From Zancudomyces culisetae HAW-14-8 (lineage: Eukaryota; Fungi; Kickxellomycota), in contig JBNJNM010000011.1 in NCBI GenBank assembly GCA_052426225.1, positions 682,001 through 746,000 on the forward strand: a stretch of DNA of 64,000 bases. The letters run 5' to 3'. A program made the translations under genes and the position numbers. Below are positions 46,607 through 58,937 of the stretch, one piece after another. The notes under the pieces are model-generated. The model was given only the letters and a program-made list of their open reading frames with translations, did no database searches and was not told the DNA's origin. The number at the start of each line of letters is the position of its first letter. Positions within the stretch are counted from its first letter, which is position 1.

Positions 46607-48592
46607 ATGAATCCTGGAAATAATGAAGCGATGAATGTACAGGGAGGAAATGTAAACAAAAAGATGGGTGTGTCCAATGAAGCAGGAGTAAGCGGTGGTG
46701 GCGGGAGTGAACGGGTACAGTCAGCTACAGGAACGCCAACAACGACAAACGAAGGTATGGGGATGGGAATCGGAGCTGGAATGGGGATGGGAATGGGAGT
46801 AGGAATGGGGATGGGGATGGTTAATCAGCAATACCCAGGGCAGCCAGCGATGGTTCCAGGCTTTCTAAATAACCAACAAATGCAAATGATGGCAGGAAAT
46901 ATGCAAAAAGGAATGAATTTCCCACAACAGCAGCAGCAGTTTCAACAGTTCCAGCAACAACAAATGTTGATGAATCTGCAACAGACACATTCACAAAATA
47001 TGAATCCAGGGGGTTTTTCCAACATGAATTTCCAACCACAACAGCAACAACCACAGCAACCACAGCAACCACAACCACAACAACAGCAACAACAAAAACC
47101 TCAACCTCAACCTCAACCTCAGCAGGCACAGCAATTCCAGCAAATGCAGCAATTACAACAAATGCAACAACTCCAACAAATGCAGCAGCTACAACAAATG
47201 CAACAAATACAGCAACTACAGCAGCAACAATATGTGAATTCGCAGACAGGTGGTGGGGGAGTTGGGCCAGGAAATTATGTCAACATGCAAGAACTTGTCA
47301 ATAGACAACCACAACCACAACAACAATCACAACAACAACAACAACAGATGACTGGAGATTCAAGTAGTGTTTCACGAGCAGCGGAACTTCAATCACCAAC
47401 AACAAAGATAGGAACACCAAAGACTACAACCCCAACGATAACGAGTGCTTCACAGGTCGGAGCGACGATGGGAGTAAAGCCAACTGAGGCACAAGGACCG
47501 AATATAACGGGTGGAGATAGTACAGTGGGACAACAGCAACAGCAACAGGGTATGTTTAATCAACAAGTCAACTCACATAATCTACAACAACAAAATTATC
47601 AAGGGTTTCCAGCTGGATATAGTATTGGAAAAGGTAAAACGGGATCCAGACAACCACAAATGCAACCACAACCAGTTGGGTTGATGGCAAGCGGAAGTGT
47701 AGGGATGGTTCCAATTCCGGTAGGACGAGAGATGGGTGAGAGGATACAAGGCAGCAGTACAAATACAAATACAAACACAAACACAAGTACAATGGCAAGT
47801 GTAAGTGTAAGTGCATCAAAATCCAAACGTAAAAGGAAGGGCAAGGGATCAACAACAGCATCATTGGTAGGCCATCGACATGATCAAATGGAGGATGAAT
47901 ATGGAGACTATGGGTATATAGATGTTGGTGAAGGAAGAGGGCGAGAACGGGGTAAAGCAGGAGGCAGAGATAGGGATAGAAACAGGACGGCAAAAGATAG
48001 AGCGAATGTTGGAGGAGCAGGAGGATTGGGGTTGGGGTTAGGGTTGGGGTTGGCGATTCGAGATGAACTAGATACAATTACTCAGTTAGATATATCGATT
48101 GCGCGGTATGCAAGGTACCATGATGGAATAGCAGCGATAATGTCAGCGATTCCGATTAGTAGTCTTAGTAATAATCCATCGATATATTCGCAATTGGACG
48201 AAAATGCGATTGATGGTCGAATACAGGTGCTAAAACAAGAAATTAACGACTTGAAGAAAAACGCTAGCATTGATAATGCCAATATCAATGACAATTTAAG
48301 TAATAATAATAATAATAAGTCGGGTTTATTACATGAACACAGACGGTTTTTTAACGAATTCAAGAAATTTTGTGAGGAAAGTGGGAATAGAACAAAACCG
48401 TTTGATGTACTACTTGATGAGTTTCATCTCAAGACTGGTGATGTATATAATTGGTATTTTGAAATTGTAAAAGCAAGTCAGAATGAAAATAGCAAATTTA
48501 TGAATAATACTGGTGGTGGTAGTGGGTTTAGAATTGTGGAAAATGTGGATTATACTGGATTGGATACTGAATCTACATTGTTGAGATTATAA
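46607..48592 (+). CDS. Gln-rich protein with an Ssr4-like (SWI/SNF-RSC) C-terminal motif
   Basis: PolyQ and QQMQQL repeats. DELDTITQLDISIARYARYHD resembles the Ssr4/DUF1750 C-terminal DxLTxRDIxxxRYxxxH motif. Confidence 0.5.
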   Translation: MNPGNNEAMNVQGGNVNKKMGVSNEAGVSGGGGSERVQSATGTPTTTNEGMGMGIGAGMGMGMGVGMGMGMVNQQYPGQPAMVPGFLNNQQMQMMAGNMQKGMNFPQQQQQFQQFQQQQMLMNLQQTHSQNMNPGGFSNMNFQPQQQQPQQPQQPQPQQQQQQKPQPQPQPQQAQQFQQMQQLQQMQQLQQMQQLQQMQQIQQLQQQQYVNSQTGGGGVGPGNYVNMQELVNRQPQPQQQSQQQQQQMTGDSSSVSRAAELQSPTTKIGTPKTTTPTITSASQVGATMGVKPTEAQGPNITGGDSTVGQQQQQQGMFNQQVNSHNLQQQNYQGFPAGYSIGKGKTGSRQPQMQPQPVGLMASGSVGMVPIPVGREMGERIQGSSTNTNTNTNTSTMASVSVSASKSKRKRKGKGSTTASLVGHRHDQMEDEYGDYGYIDVGEGRGRERGKAGGRDRDRNRTAKDRANVGGAGGLGLGLGLGLAIRDELDTITQLDISIARYARYHDGIAAIMSAIPISSLSNNPSIYSQLDENAIDGRIQVLKQEINDLKKNASIDNANINDNLSNNNNNKSGLLHEHRRFFNEFKKFCEESGNRTKPFDVLLDEFHLKTGDVYNWYFEIVKASQNENSKFMNNTGGGSGFRIVENVDYTGLDTESTLLRL

Positions 48593-49112
48593 TAGTAGAG
48601 TGATATCCAAGATATGGGTATTGTTATGGAATGGTTTGGGTACACAAGAGTATATTAGTTTTAGTTTTTTTTTTTTAGTTTATTGATTATGAGTATTGAA
48701 ATATAAAAAGTATTACACGTAAACAAGAATCAACAACTCGTGACATTGAAATTCGTTAACAGAAAAAAAATAAAAAAATTTTTTTTATATTTTTTATATT
48801 TTATTTTTGTATTTTTTTTGGTTTACTATATATATTTAGTTTGAGTAACAAATGAAATTCAAGGTAAATTTTTTGATTCGAGAAAAGAAAAAAAAAAAGA
48901 AAAAAAAAATTTTTTTTATATATATGCTATGATTTTTAGTGTGATATAGTTTTACAGAAACGATTTAAACATTTCGATTTAAAAAGAAATAATTTGTCTA
49001 TAGTAAAAAAAATATTAAAAAAAAATATATATTATATACAAAAGTTTAAACTAGATTTACAATATCATTTTTTTAAAAAAGGGAAAAAAGGGAAAAAAGA
49101 GAAATATAAAAA

Positions 49113-52100
49113 ATGTCGATATCCGAACAATTGTACCGAATGAAAACGGTTGACCGAGCGGCAACCAGTGAGGCAGCACAGTTCCAACGTGCATCACTGT
49201 TGTTTGATTCGAGGCAGGCAGGAGATATGAGTATGGAGGATATATACGAGATTGGAATAGAAGGGTTAAGAGAATTGATTAGCTTAGAAGAAAGCATCAG
49301 TAAAGCAGGAACTGGAGTAGGGGTAGGGGTAGGGGTAGGAGCAGAAAGGGTGAAGAAAGAGAAGAATAAGAAGAGGAGTGTGTTTAAAAAGTACGAGACT
49401 ACATTGTTGGGACCAGGGAGTATATATCGGGACAGAATATTGGAGGGAGCAGATTCGAATAAAGAGTTGGATGAGGAGATTAACGAGTTGTTGATGGATC
49501 TTGCGCCATATTTTTTGGTACGGTCAGCGACCAAGGTCTTGGAATGGTTGGTGAGAAGGTACCGGGTTAATGAGCTAAATGTGGAAATGTTGGTACAGAC
49601 ATTTATGCCATACCATATGAGTGAGGAGTATTTGGTATTATTGGGGGCGATTAGATTTCCTACAGAACTATTGGTTGATGCAAATAAAGGAGGAGCAAGC
49701 GCAAGTGGGAGTGGGAGTGCAAAATACAAGTATTTAGTGGCACAAAGAAAGAGTAGAACAGTATTGGATCGACAAACACTTCTTGGGCAAATGCGACACG
49801 ATGAATCGGTATTACGGGATATTAATACAAATGTCTATAATACCACGATGGTACATGGTAAGGGGCACCAAGCGTTGTATACAATGTATGTGGCACTGAA
49901 TGTGGAGTACTTGGAGACGGTGAAGCAGTTGAGTGAACAGCAAGCCGAGTATTTTGTTTCAATGATAATCCGAGGGATCAACAAGGCGAATTCAACAATG
50001 TCTAGTGTTAAAAAGAATCAAGAAATTGGGACCAATAATGATATGATTGAATCGTTGATGGAATACCAAACAGCAAATTTGATAATATTGAGTACTCTGA
50101 TGTTTGAAAAGAGTCAAAATTTTACACTTGAGCTAATTTTGCAAATTTTCCAGACGGTTAGCAAGAAAATAATGGATAAAAGTCTCAAGACCAAATTCTT
50201 AACCATGTTGATGTACCATCAACTAAGAGTACATGGAACTAGTCGATTTAATAATTTGTTGTTACTATCAACAACAAAAGCAACTGATTCTAATACCAAT
50301 TCAAATTCGGGTAATTATGCTAATAATCAAGGTTCTGGATATTTGATCAAGGAATTGCTTAATAATGGAATTGTAAAGGAATTGATAAAATCCTTTTTGG
50401 GATTGGTATCAGAAAATGAACAACCTACACTTGGAACCTTGGGGTTGATACTTAAGGCGATGATAGAATTGAGTATAAAGTATATTGCTGATGGTGATAA
50501 GTATGTTGTTGAATTATTGACAGAATTGGTGAAATCAAAAGTATTTTCAAAAATCAACACGATAATTTATCAAAGTGGAATTGAAAATGGAATTGAAAGT
50601 GGAATTGAATGGAGTAAAGAGTTGGTAAAAGAATACTTGCAATACATGATTGAAAATGAAGATTCCAAAGATGAACAAGTAATAAATATTGGTTTACAAA
50701 TCAAACAAATTGTAATGATGGTATTACTTGAACAACAACAAGAAGAAGAAGATAAAGAAAAAGAAAACGTTGGCAATATAGTAAATCTGATTACTGAAAC
50801 AATATCCGAAATTATAAACAACAATAAAAAACAAAAACAAAAAAACAAAAAGAATATGGGTAATAAAATGATGACAAAGATATATGAATTGGGAGATGAT
50901 TTAATGAACCAACTATTTAACTATTCAGACGAAAATACACAATCATCAGAACAACAAAAACAACAACAACAACAAGGAGGAGGAGGAAAAAGAAACAATA
51001 AAGATAACAAGAAGAATTCTACACCAGCGATTTCACTGATGTACATTAAAGAAATCAAAACCAGTCTTTACTTGGGATTGAATTCCATTAATGATGAACA
51101 TGTACGGTTAATAGCTACCAAGGAATTAATAAAACTTGTTGATCAATACAACATTTCAAACTCTCACAATGATAATGATAATGATGGTAATACAGGTAAT
51201 ACAGGTAATACGGTGGTAAAGAGAGAAGTTTCCAAGTTGTTGAGTGATAGATTGCAGAATGAAACAAGTCTAGAAATATTGTATACCATTATTGAAAATA
51301 TTCCATTTGATTTGATTAAGGACAATATTGAACAGATTATAGTTGAAAAATTACCAATCTACAATAATAAGAATGAAGAAAAGGAAAAGGAAAAGAGTTG
51401 TTTGGATTATATAATTTCAGAATATAATTCAGCAACATTATCTAGCCAAGATTCTCAAAATCAAAAACTGGAATATACAAGTGGATTGATAACTAGGATT
51501 GTTGAGTATACCAAATTACTCGATAATTCCGAATTGGAAGTGTTGGTATTAACCAAGTTATTCAAACAATCCAGCAATTCAAAACAATTCAAGATTGTAA
51601 ATAATACTAATAATAATAATAACAACAAGAAAGAATCAAGTGAAACAACTGTGAATTATGATTTGGAAACTATTATTCAAAAACTATCAAGTTGTAAAAC
51701 TTGTAAATATCAACTTGTTGATTTACTCTTGATAACATTATCATTATCTAGTCAACAACAACAACAACAACAACAACAATCCAATGGGTTAAATGGTAAT
51801 AGTGATAGTGATAGTATTATTACACAGAGTATTGAGTGGTTTAAACAATATGCTCATCTAATAACCGATACTGATAACCTCATGCAACTCATTTTCGATA
51901 AATCTAAATTGCTAGAGTATATTATTACTTCAACTGATATTACCAAAAATGATAATAGTGATGGAAATGAAAAAATCAAGGCAATGGTTGGTCTATATAT
52001 TATGGTTGAATACTTGATGAAACAATGTCAATCTTTTGCTTCAACAACTAGTAATGATAATAGTAATAGTAATGATAATGATAACCAAAAGGTAAATGAA

Positions 52101-55100
52101 ATTGTTGCAACAATGTTCGGTACAAAATGTAACGTACTTGATATTCCAACCATTGTTGAAAATATTATAACCAAATTGGATGGAAATGCAAATACAGTTT
52201 TGGAATTATTGGTACATTCTAGTATCAATTTAACCACCACATCCTTTGTTCCAACAGCAAAAACAACCTCAACAATCTCAACAAAGACAACAACGACAGC
52301 TGATAGTATGATGATAAAAAGGGCAATTTTGGAAATATTAAAAGCGGTTGATGGAATTTTAATCAAATATAAAAATACACAATCCACAACAAAATGTCAA
52401 TTTGATTTGGAATCATTGACATTGTTAATGTTTGTACATTTGGTTAGTAAATTGAGTGATGAGATTTGTTTGACAGCTTTACAAATTCTAACTAGTATAT
52501 ACAACAATTATCGCAACTCTATCATCAACAACAAAAACAATGATGGTGTTTATAGTCAGATTTATAAATTGATTCAAGTATTTATTATTTCATTCCCAAC
52601 CTCCAATCTAACGCAAAATCAAAAGCAAAATCAAAATCAAAACCAAAAGCAAAGTGTTATTTTGGTGGAAAATTCAAATTTAATCAAGGAAATTCTATTG
52701 AAAAATTACAAGGTCTTTAGATTACATGCTAATTACAAGAGTATTAAAAAGACAATTCTTAATTCACAACTTGTCGATTTACTAGTTGAACAAATTCTCT
52801 TGTTAATATCATCTATTCAAACTCAAACTCAAACTCAAACTCAATCTCGGTTTAACAAACAATCTATTGCTACTGGTTTGCTTAATGTATTGAGTGGTGG
52901 TGTAGTTAATACATCAAACAACATGCAATTATTGGATCAAAGTATTCAATTTAATGTTGATCAATCTCTATTCACAGATAATTTGACGACTGGTTTGGTA
53001 TCATGTTTAACTTGCGATAATCTTGCACTTCAAGTCAATGATAATGATAATGGTAGTAATGGTGGTATTTGTTATTTGGATAAATTTAAACAATATCTAA
53101 TGCAAATTCCTACCAAATACACATTCCCAATTCTTGTAGGCAATTCTCAACTGGTTACTTGTTTGATTTCAGAACTGTTTACTTTATTCACTGGAGATGA
53201 ATATAATGCAAAGAGTGATATTTATTCAATATTTTCAAGTATTGAATCTTATCAAATTACTCTAATCTATGAAATTCTAAACTTTATCAAATCCTCTTTA
53301 TCCAACAACAACAACAACAACAACTCTAACAACAATAGTAATAGTAATAGTAAAAAGAAGAGTAAAAAAGAAATTAAAACTACCAAGATTGATAGTAAGG
53401 GTAATGATAATAAGGATAAGGATAAGAATAAACTAAAGAATTTGGAATTTTTCAATATGGTATTTGAATCACTTGCCAATACATTTTCACCAACAAATGT
53501 AAAAACCAATAATAACAACAACAACAATAACAATGGAAATGGAAATGGAAATGAAAGTATGGTACTTTTACTTCCATTATTTGATATTTGTCAATTACTA
53601 TGTGATCAATCATCAATATACTCAGAAGGAAAAGAAACCGAATACATTAAAAAACTAACACTAGTAATGATAAGCAACGTACTTGACCAAACAACGACAG
53701 TAGATCCAGCTTTGGTCTCTCTAAAGAGCGAGGTAATTATTACATTAATGAAATCGTTTTGTACTAGTCAAGACCAAAAATACTTTTTGGAAATCCAATT
53801 GGCAGGAATCGATGTTCTAGCCAAACTGTTACGCCATGATTATTCCAACCCTCAACAATCAAAGAGTTTGGAAACTATGGCTATTACTTTGACTAACCAA
53901 CTTGTCATTATTCTTTCGTTTTTGGGTAAACATTACCAAGACCTTGTTGATAGTGGTGGTGATGATTATAACCGTATTGTTGAATCTGCAATTACTCGAC
54001 TTGTTCCAAATCTTTTACTTGCCCAACAACATCAACTTCAACATCAACCTCAAAACCATCTTCAACATAACTTTAAAACTCTAAAACATTCTGCAAATAA
54101 TAATAATAATAATAATAATAAAAGTACAAATATGAATGTAAATGTAAATGTAAATACAAATACAAATGTAAATGTAAATGTAATTGATCTCGTATTGAAA
54201 ATGTTTATTGATCTACTCATTTATACTCCTAGAGAAAAACAACTACACTTGTTTATTTGTCTATTAAACACTCTACTCTCTACAACAACAACAACAACAA
54301 TTTCAACAACAAGGACAAAAGTTTTAATTGAAATCTTTACCAAATTATTTACTTTATTATCAACAACTCAATCCTTCTCAAATACAACTTCTACTGATCA
54401 TTTGGATTATTGTCAATTTGGTATTGATTTATTTATTGCCTTGAATATACAAACATTATCTAATCCTAATGCATCTCTCAACTATAACAATAATCAAGGT
54501 GATCATGATGATGATGGTAATGATGGTGATGATGGTGATGTTTTAAAAGAAAATGTAAACCTTTTATTGTCAATCATTTACAACTTGTTGAATAATATTC
54601 CGCAATTATCTGAAAATAATACTAATACCAATACAAATACAAATACAAATACACTGGTGATGATTTCTAAATTATCAAATCTAATTCCAACATTCTTTAC
54701 ATTTAATCAATCGACATCAACTTTATCTTCTACCAAACACAACATCAACATCAAATCTAAATCTAAATCTAAAACCAAAACCAATAAAAAGACAAAGACA
54801 AATACAAAGATTAGACTTAACGATGCTAATATAATCAAATTACTACGAGATATTCTTTTGATTATATTACCTCTTGAATCTGTTGATTCTTCTTTACCTC
54901 TAGAGAAATTCGGTTTAGATTTAAACCAAATTATTTCCAACTTGTTGTCATTACTAGATGGAGTCGGTCAAGCCAGTGTTCTTGAAACTTTGGTTACTAG
55001 TATCTTTTCTAATCAACAAATTTCCCAACCTACCAACAAAACTTTACAAGTAGTGGTTGGATTTAAGGCTCTGGAATTATTCAACAAGTATGTTTTACCA

Positions 55101-56981
55101 AACCAAATCGATGGAAATAATCTTGTTCAACTCTTATTACCTACATCTACATCTACATCTACAGATACAGATACAGATACAGATATCAATATGTTTAAAA
55201 TCAAAATTCTTTGTATAATCAAGTTATTCCAAATTTCTACAAATCCTATTAATATGGAACTAGTTGACCAAGCTCTATCAACTTTTACATCCTCTAATCT
55301 CGACACCAATGTCAATACAAATGCCAACGTAATATTGTTGTTGTATTCAACTATTATTAAACAATATGGAACTAAAATCATTAAACACTTCAACAAATTA
55401 ATTGATCAATCTATAACTATATTATCACGCATATCAGAAAACAATAACAATAACAATAACAGTAGTGAAAATAACGGTGGTAGTGATAATGTGGAAGAAT
55501 TGCAAGTAATTTCCAGTAGAGTTTTACAAGCTGGATTTGAAACACTTCCTCAATTCATGACGGTATTTATTCCCCAACTAGTTTTGATTCTTGGAACTCG
55601 TTCATCATCATCATCATCATCGTCACTACTGGATAAAAACAACTCTAATAAAATGATTTTCGAATTGATGTACAAGACTAATAACGAACGATTATTAACA
55701 ACCATTTTAAATACCAAAACTATTCAAGGTCAACGGTTACTATTCAGGTATTTGAATCTTGTAGTTGATGATCCACAATTACTAAACAAGTATAAAAACC
55801 TGATTTTCAAATATTTGGTAAAACAACTAACTAACAATGTCCAAATCAATGATAATAATAATGATATGGATAAGGATCAAGATGTTGATATTGATACGTT
55901 TATCCTCTTTTTATCTAAAATGAATGTTCATGATTTGGGATTATTCTTTAATACCTTTATATCATTATTTTCAACAAACCTCAACAACAACAACAACAAT
56001 AATAATAATAATAATAGTGGTGGTGGTGGTGGTAATATTGAAATTATGAAATTATTAACCCAAGTTATAATCACTCTATTTGATAATTTCAAATCAATCT
56101 TTTGGCCAACATTTTACAACTCTTCTATAATCTCTTTTATTTCTCAAAACCAATCCAACAATAACAACAACAACAACAACAACAACAACAATAATAATAA
56201 TAATAATAATGTGTTGTTGAATTGTTTATCATTATCTATTACAAATACAGAGGATAAGACCAAGAATAATACAAAGACCAAGAATAATACAAAGACCAAG
56301 AATAATACAAAGACCAAGAATAATATTACTACTATTAATTCATTATTGAAATCTTGTCTTGATATAATATCATTTTTCATCAATTACTCTCCACCACTAT
56401 TAAACCGAAACATCCACGATATTATTAATAACAATAACAATAACAATGATGATGATGATAATAATGGTAATGGTAATGGTGATTTAGTGGATCCACAACT
56501 TGTTGCTTCAATCTCTCTACTTTTCAACCTTGTCTTCAAATCTTATCAATCAAACTATCCTTCTCCTTCTTTTACCCCTGATTTGCAACAATCTTATTTG
56601 AATTGTTTCAATTCCTTTTTCAACTTTTTCCATGTTACCAATAACCAAGATACTCTTAAATCATTCCTCTTGTCATCAATCTCTTCCTCTTCCTCTTCTA
56701 CTACTATTTCCTCTTCTTCTTCTTCTGATGGTGATAATGATAGTGGAACTCTTGATGATCATCTTGTCATCTTACTCAATCACTTCTTTTCTTGTCTTCG
56801 TGAACACGCTTTATTATTCCTTCCTGATCTATTACCCTCACTTATCTCAATCAACTTTTTCGATTCCAACTCTAACTCTAACTCTAACTCTTCTTCAACT
56901 AATTCAAAGGAATTGTTTATTTCAACAATTGAAGATTTATTAGGTGAACCTTTATCTTCTTATTTATCCTCTGCTTATTAA
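49113..56981 (+). CDS. UTP10: U3 snoRNP protein Utp10/HEATR1, repeat-expanded (2622 aa)
   Basis: ASLLFD, IGIEGLRELI, LAPYFLVRSATKVLEWLVRRYRVNELN..FMPYH; C-terminal LLFLPDLLP..IEDLLGEPLSSYL. Confidence 0.92.
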   Translation: MSISEQLYRMKTVDRAATSEAAQFQRASLLFDSRQAGDMSMEDIYEIGIEGLRELISLEESISKAGTGVGVGVGVGAERVKKEKNKKRSVFKKYETTLLGPGSIYRDRILEGADSNKELDEEINELLMDLAPYFLVRSATKVLEWLVRRYRVNELNVEMLVQTFMPYHMSEEYLVLLGAIRFPTELLVDANKGGASASGSGSAKYKYLVAQRKSRTVLDRQTLLGQMRHDESVLRDINTNVYNTTMVHGKGHQALYTMYVALNVEYLETVKQLSEQQAEYFVSMIIRGINKANSTMSSVKKNQEIGTNNDMIESLMEYQTANLIILSTLMFEKSQNFTLELILQIFQTVSKKIMDKSLKTKFLTMLMYHQLRVHGTSRFNNLLLLSTTKATDSNTNSNSGNYANNQGSGYLIKELLNNGIVKELIKSFLGLVSENEQPTLGTLGLILKAMIELSIKYIADGDKYVVELLTELVKSKVFSKINTIIYQSGIENGIESGIEWSKELVKEYLQYMIENEDSKDEQVINIGLQIKQIVMMVLLEQQQEEEDKEKENVGNIVNLITETISEIINNNKKQKQKNKKNMGNKMMTKIYELGDDLMNQLFNYSDENTQSSEQQKQQQQQGGGGKRNNKDNKKNSTPAISLMYIKEIKTSLYLGLNSINDEHVRLIATKELIKLVDQYNISNSHNDNDNDGNTGNTGNTVVKREVSKLLSDRLQNETSLEILYTIIENIPFDLIKDNIEQIIVEKLPIYNNKNEEKEKEKSCLDYIISEYNSATLSSQDSQNQKLEYTSGLITRIVEYTKLLDNSELEVLVLTKLFKQSSNSKQFKIVNNTNNNNNNKKESSETTVNYDLETIIQKLSSCKTCKYQLVDLLLITLSLSSQQQQQQQQQSNGLNGNSDSDSIITQSIEWFKQYAHLITDTDNLMQLIFDKSKLLEYIITSTDITKNDNSDGNEKIKAMVGLYIMVEYLMKQCQSFASTTSNDNSNSNDNDNQKVNEIVATMFGTKCNVLDIPTIVENIITKLDGNANTVLELLVHSSINLTTTSFVPTAKTTSTISTKTTTTADSMMIKRAILEILKAVDGILIKYKNTQSTTKCQFDLESLTLLMFVHLVSKLSDEICLTALQILTSIYNNYRNSIINNKNNDGVYSQIYKLIQVFIISFPTSNLTQNQKQNQNQNQKQSVILVENSNLIKEILLKNYKVFRLHANYKSIKKTILNSQLVDLLVEQILLLISSIQTQTQTQTQSRFNKQSIATGLLNVLSGGVVNTSNNMQLLDQSIQFNVDQSLFTDNLTTGLVSCLTCDNLALQVNDNDNGSNGGICYLDKFKQYLMQIPTKYTFPILVGNSQLVTCLISELFTLFTGDEYNAKSDIYSIFSSIESYQITLIYEILNFIKSSLSNNNNNNNSNNNSNSNSKKKSKKEIKTTKIDSKGNDNKDKDKNKLKNLEFFNMVFESLANTFSPTNVKTNNNNNNNNNGNGNGNESMVLLLPLFDICQLLCDQSSIYSEGKETEYIKKLTLVMISNVLDQTTTVDPALVSLKSEVIITLMKSFCTSQDQKYFLEIQLAGIDVLAKLLRHDYSNPQQSKSLETMAITLTNQLVIILSFLGKHYQDLVDSGGDDYNRIVESAITRLVPNLLLAQQHQLQHQPQNHLQHNFKTLKHSANNNNNNNNKSTNMNVNVNVNTNTNVNVNVIDLVLKMFIDLLIYTPREKQLHLFICLLNTLLSTTTTTTISTTRTKVLIEIFTKLFTLLSTTQSFSNTTSTDHLDYCQFGIDLFIALNIQTLSNPNASLNYNNNQGDHDDDGNDGDDGDVLKENVNLLLSIIYNLLNNIPQLSENNTNTNTNTNTNTLVMISKLSNLIPTFFTFNQSTSTLSSTKHNINIKSKSKSKTKTNKKTKTNTKIRLNDANIIKLLRDILLIILPLESVDSSLPLEKFGLDLNQIISNLLSLLDGVGQASVLETLVTSIFSNQQISQPTNKTLQVVVGFKALELFNKYVLPNQIDGNNLVQLLLPTSTSTSTDTDTDTDINMFKIKILCIIKLFQISTNPINMELVDQALSTFTSSNLDTNVNTNANVILLLYSTIIKQYGTKIIKHFNKLIDQSITILSRISENNNNNNNSSENNGGSDNVEELQVISSRVLQAGFETLPQFMTVFIPQLVLILGTRSSSSSSSSLLDKNNSNKMIFELMYKTNNERLLTTILNTKTIQGQRLLFRYLNLVVDDPQLLNKYKNLIFKYLVKQLTNNVQINDNNNDMDKDQDVDIDTFILFLSKMNVHDLGLFFNTFISLFSTNLNNNNNNNNNNNSGGGGGNIEIMKLLTQVIITLFDNFKSIFWPTFYNSSIISFISQNQSNNNNNNNNNNNNNNNNNNVLLNCLSLSITNTEDKTKNNTKTKNNTKTKNNTKTKNNITTINSLLKSCLDIISFFINYSPPLLNRNIHDIINNNNNNNDDDDNNGNGNGDLVDPQLVASISLLFNLVFKSYQSNYPSPSFTPDLQQSYLNCFNSFFNFFHVTNNQDTLKSFLLSSISSSSSSTTISSSSSSDGDNDSGTLDDHLVILLNHFFSCLREHALLFLPDLLPSLISINFFDSNSNSNSNSSSTNSKELFISTIEDLLGEPLSSYLSSAY

Positions 56982-57053
56982 TTCTTTTTACTTTTATTTT
57001 TACTTTTACTTTAATCTCTTTAATAATATAATATAATATAATAAAACATTTAT

Positions 57054-58937
57054 TTATTTTAACAACAAATCTATCACTCTTTCAATCCTAAACCTCTTCA
57101 TATCCCCATACGTCTGCCCACTCCCCACAAATAATATCGGCTTGTTTGTCAAATACATCATATTAATCGCCGCCCCAATCTTATCCTCTATCGTATCCAC
57201 CTTTGTCAATATAATCCCTCCTATTCGCCTCTCCAAATACTCATTAAACTGCTTCAATTGCCCTATCGCCTCATTCCCCACCAACGCTTCCCCTACAAAC
57301 ACCACCAAATCCGGCCTATTCACCTGCACCAACCGCCCCAATGCCTTCATCAATGGCTCGTTATCTTGCTTTCGCCCCGCCGTATCAATCAACACTACAT
57401 CATACCCCCCTTCCCCTGCCTCCCGTATCGCCTCTTTTGCTATTTCCGCCGCCTCCCTTCCATACCCTCTCTCAAACAACGTTATCCGTTCCCGCCCAAA
57501 ATATCCCCCCAAGTTCCGCACATGCACCTTCAACTGCTCCACTGCCCCACTCCGGAACGTATCGCACGCCGCAACCATCACCCGATACTTATTTTGTAAT
57601 AACCAATACCCTACCTTCGATAAATTCGTCGATTTTCCTACCCCATTGACCCCCAAAAACACTATACTATATACCCGCTTCTCCCCCTGAGCCTTTTCTA
57701 TCTCCCACAATATCTCTCGTTGCTTTGTCGCCGTCAAAATCTTGCGTAAACTCTTGCCCATCTCCTCCTTTACCACCTGCTTAATATTCTCCATTCTCCC
57801 AAATTCTCTCCCTCGCATCTCCCTCACAAGTCCCTCCGATATTTGCTTAGCTATCTCACTCGCCACATTTTTGTCCACTAGCTGTGTATACGCCTTTTCG
57901 CTAATCACCTCCAACTCCTTTTCCTCCAATTTCCTCTTACTCAATCCTATTGCCCTTGTTATCCCCCTCAAATACCCTACTATCCCCCCTTTCTCTCCTC
58001 CTCCCTCTTCATCACTTTCTTCTTCTTCCTCATCCTCATCTTCTTCTTCCTCACTATCTCTTGATTTATTCACCATTAGTTCTTGTATTCCTTGACCATA
58101 TTCTTCATCATTATTTCCTTTTCCTCCATTTTCTTTACTAAAATCATATTTGCTCATGTCCTGTTCATTAACCACACTTTTAATCTCATTGTCCCAAACT
58201 CTTCCCTCCTTTTTATCTACACCTTTACTTTTTCCTTTTCCTTTTCCTTTACCTTTACCTTTATCTTTGCCTTCTCCATTTCTTTTTTCTTTTCCCTTTT
58301 GTACATCTTCAAACCTTCGCATTACTTGTCTCTTTCGTCCAAATTTTTGAATCTCTTCGTTCTCCTCCTCATTATTCTCTTGGCCAATTCCTTCATATTC
58401 ATGAATAGCTTGATCTATCCACCCTTCCACTTTCTTTCTTCTTTCCTCACTTGTCAATTCAAAAAGTACTTGGTGCATATTCTCCCGAATGCTACTACCA
58501 CCACCCACCATCTTGCTACTCCGAGATTGTGCTTGAAATATTCCAGAACCCTGATTCCCACTCCTCTTACCTGCACCCGCTGTTGCCAAACTGATTTCTT
58601 TTCCCACTCGCTTGTTGATCCTCGTCAACAACTCGCTAATATATCCAAGCTCCACAATCTTTGGATATACCGCCATTACCATTATTCCCTTTTCTTTATC
58701 AACATTATAATCCACCTTGTACTCCCCAACCACTTCCCTTGCTCCCAAACCTCCTCCTCCTGCTCCTCCATCACTGGATGCTTTACCCGATCCCCCCACC
58801 CCCAAACTTACTAGTCCCACTCGCCCTTGTTCTTCAATAAGCCGTTCGATTATTTGTTCAATCCCTTTAACCCTTTCGTACTCGCAACGATATAGTAGTA
58901 TTCCACCTACCGTCGATACCCTTATTTCTCCAAGCAT
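57054..58937 (-). CDS. SRP101: Signal recognition particle receptor alpha subunit
   Basis: N-terminal GGILLY; GVNGVGKSTNLSK, AACDTFRSGAVEQL, DTAGRKQDNEPLM, LTKVDT, GQTY. Confidence 0.95.
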   Translation of the reverse strand: MLGEIRVSTVGGILLYRCEYERVKGIEQIIERLIEEQGRVGLVSLGVGGSGKASSDGGAGGGGLGAREVVGEYKVDYNVDKEKGIMVMAVYPKIVELGYISELLTRINKRVGKEISLATAGAGKRSGNQGSGIFQAQSRSSKMVGGGSSIRENMHQVLFELTSEERRKKVEGWIDQAIHEYEGIGQENNEEENEEIQKFGRKRQVMRRFEDVQKGKEKRNGEGKDKGKGKGKGKGKSKGVDKKEGRVWDNEIKSVVNEQDMSKYDFSKENGGKGNNDEEYGQGIQELMVNKSRDSEEEEDEDEEEEESDEEGGGEKGGIVGYLRGITRAIGLSKRKLEEKELEVISEKAYTQLVDKNVASEIAKQISEGLVREMRGREFGRMENIKQVVKEEMGKSLRKILTATKQREILWEIEKAQGEKRVYSIVFLGVNGVGKSTNLSKVGYWLLQNKYRVMVAACDTFRSGAVEQLKVHVRNLGGYFGRERITLFERGYGREAAEIAKEAIREAGEGGYDVVLIDTAGRKQDNEPLMKALGRLVQVNRPDLVVFVGEALVGNEAIGQLKQFNEYLERRIGGIILTKVDTIEDKIGAAINMMYLTNKPILFVGSGQTYGDMKRFRIERVIDLLLK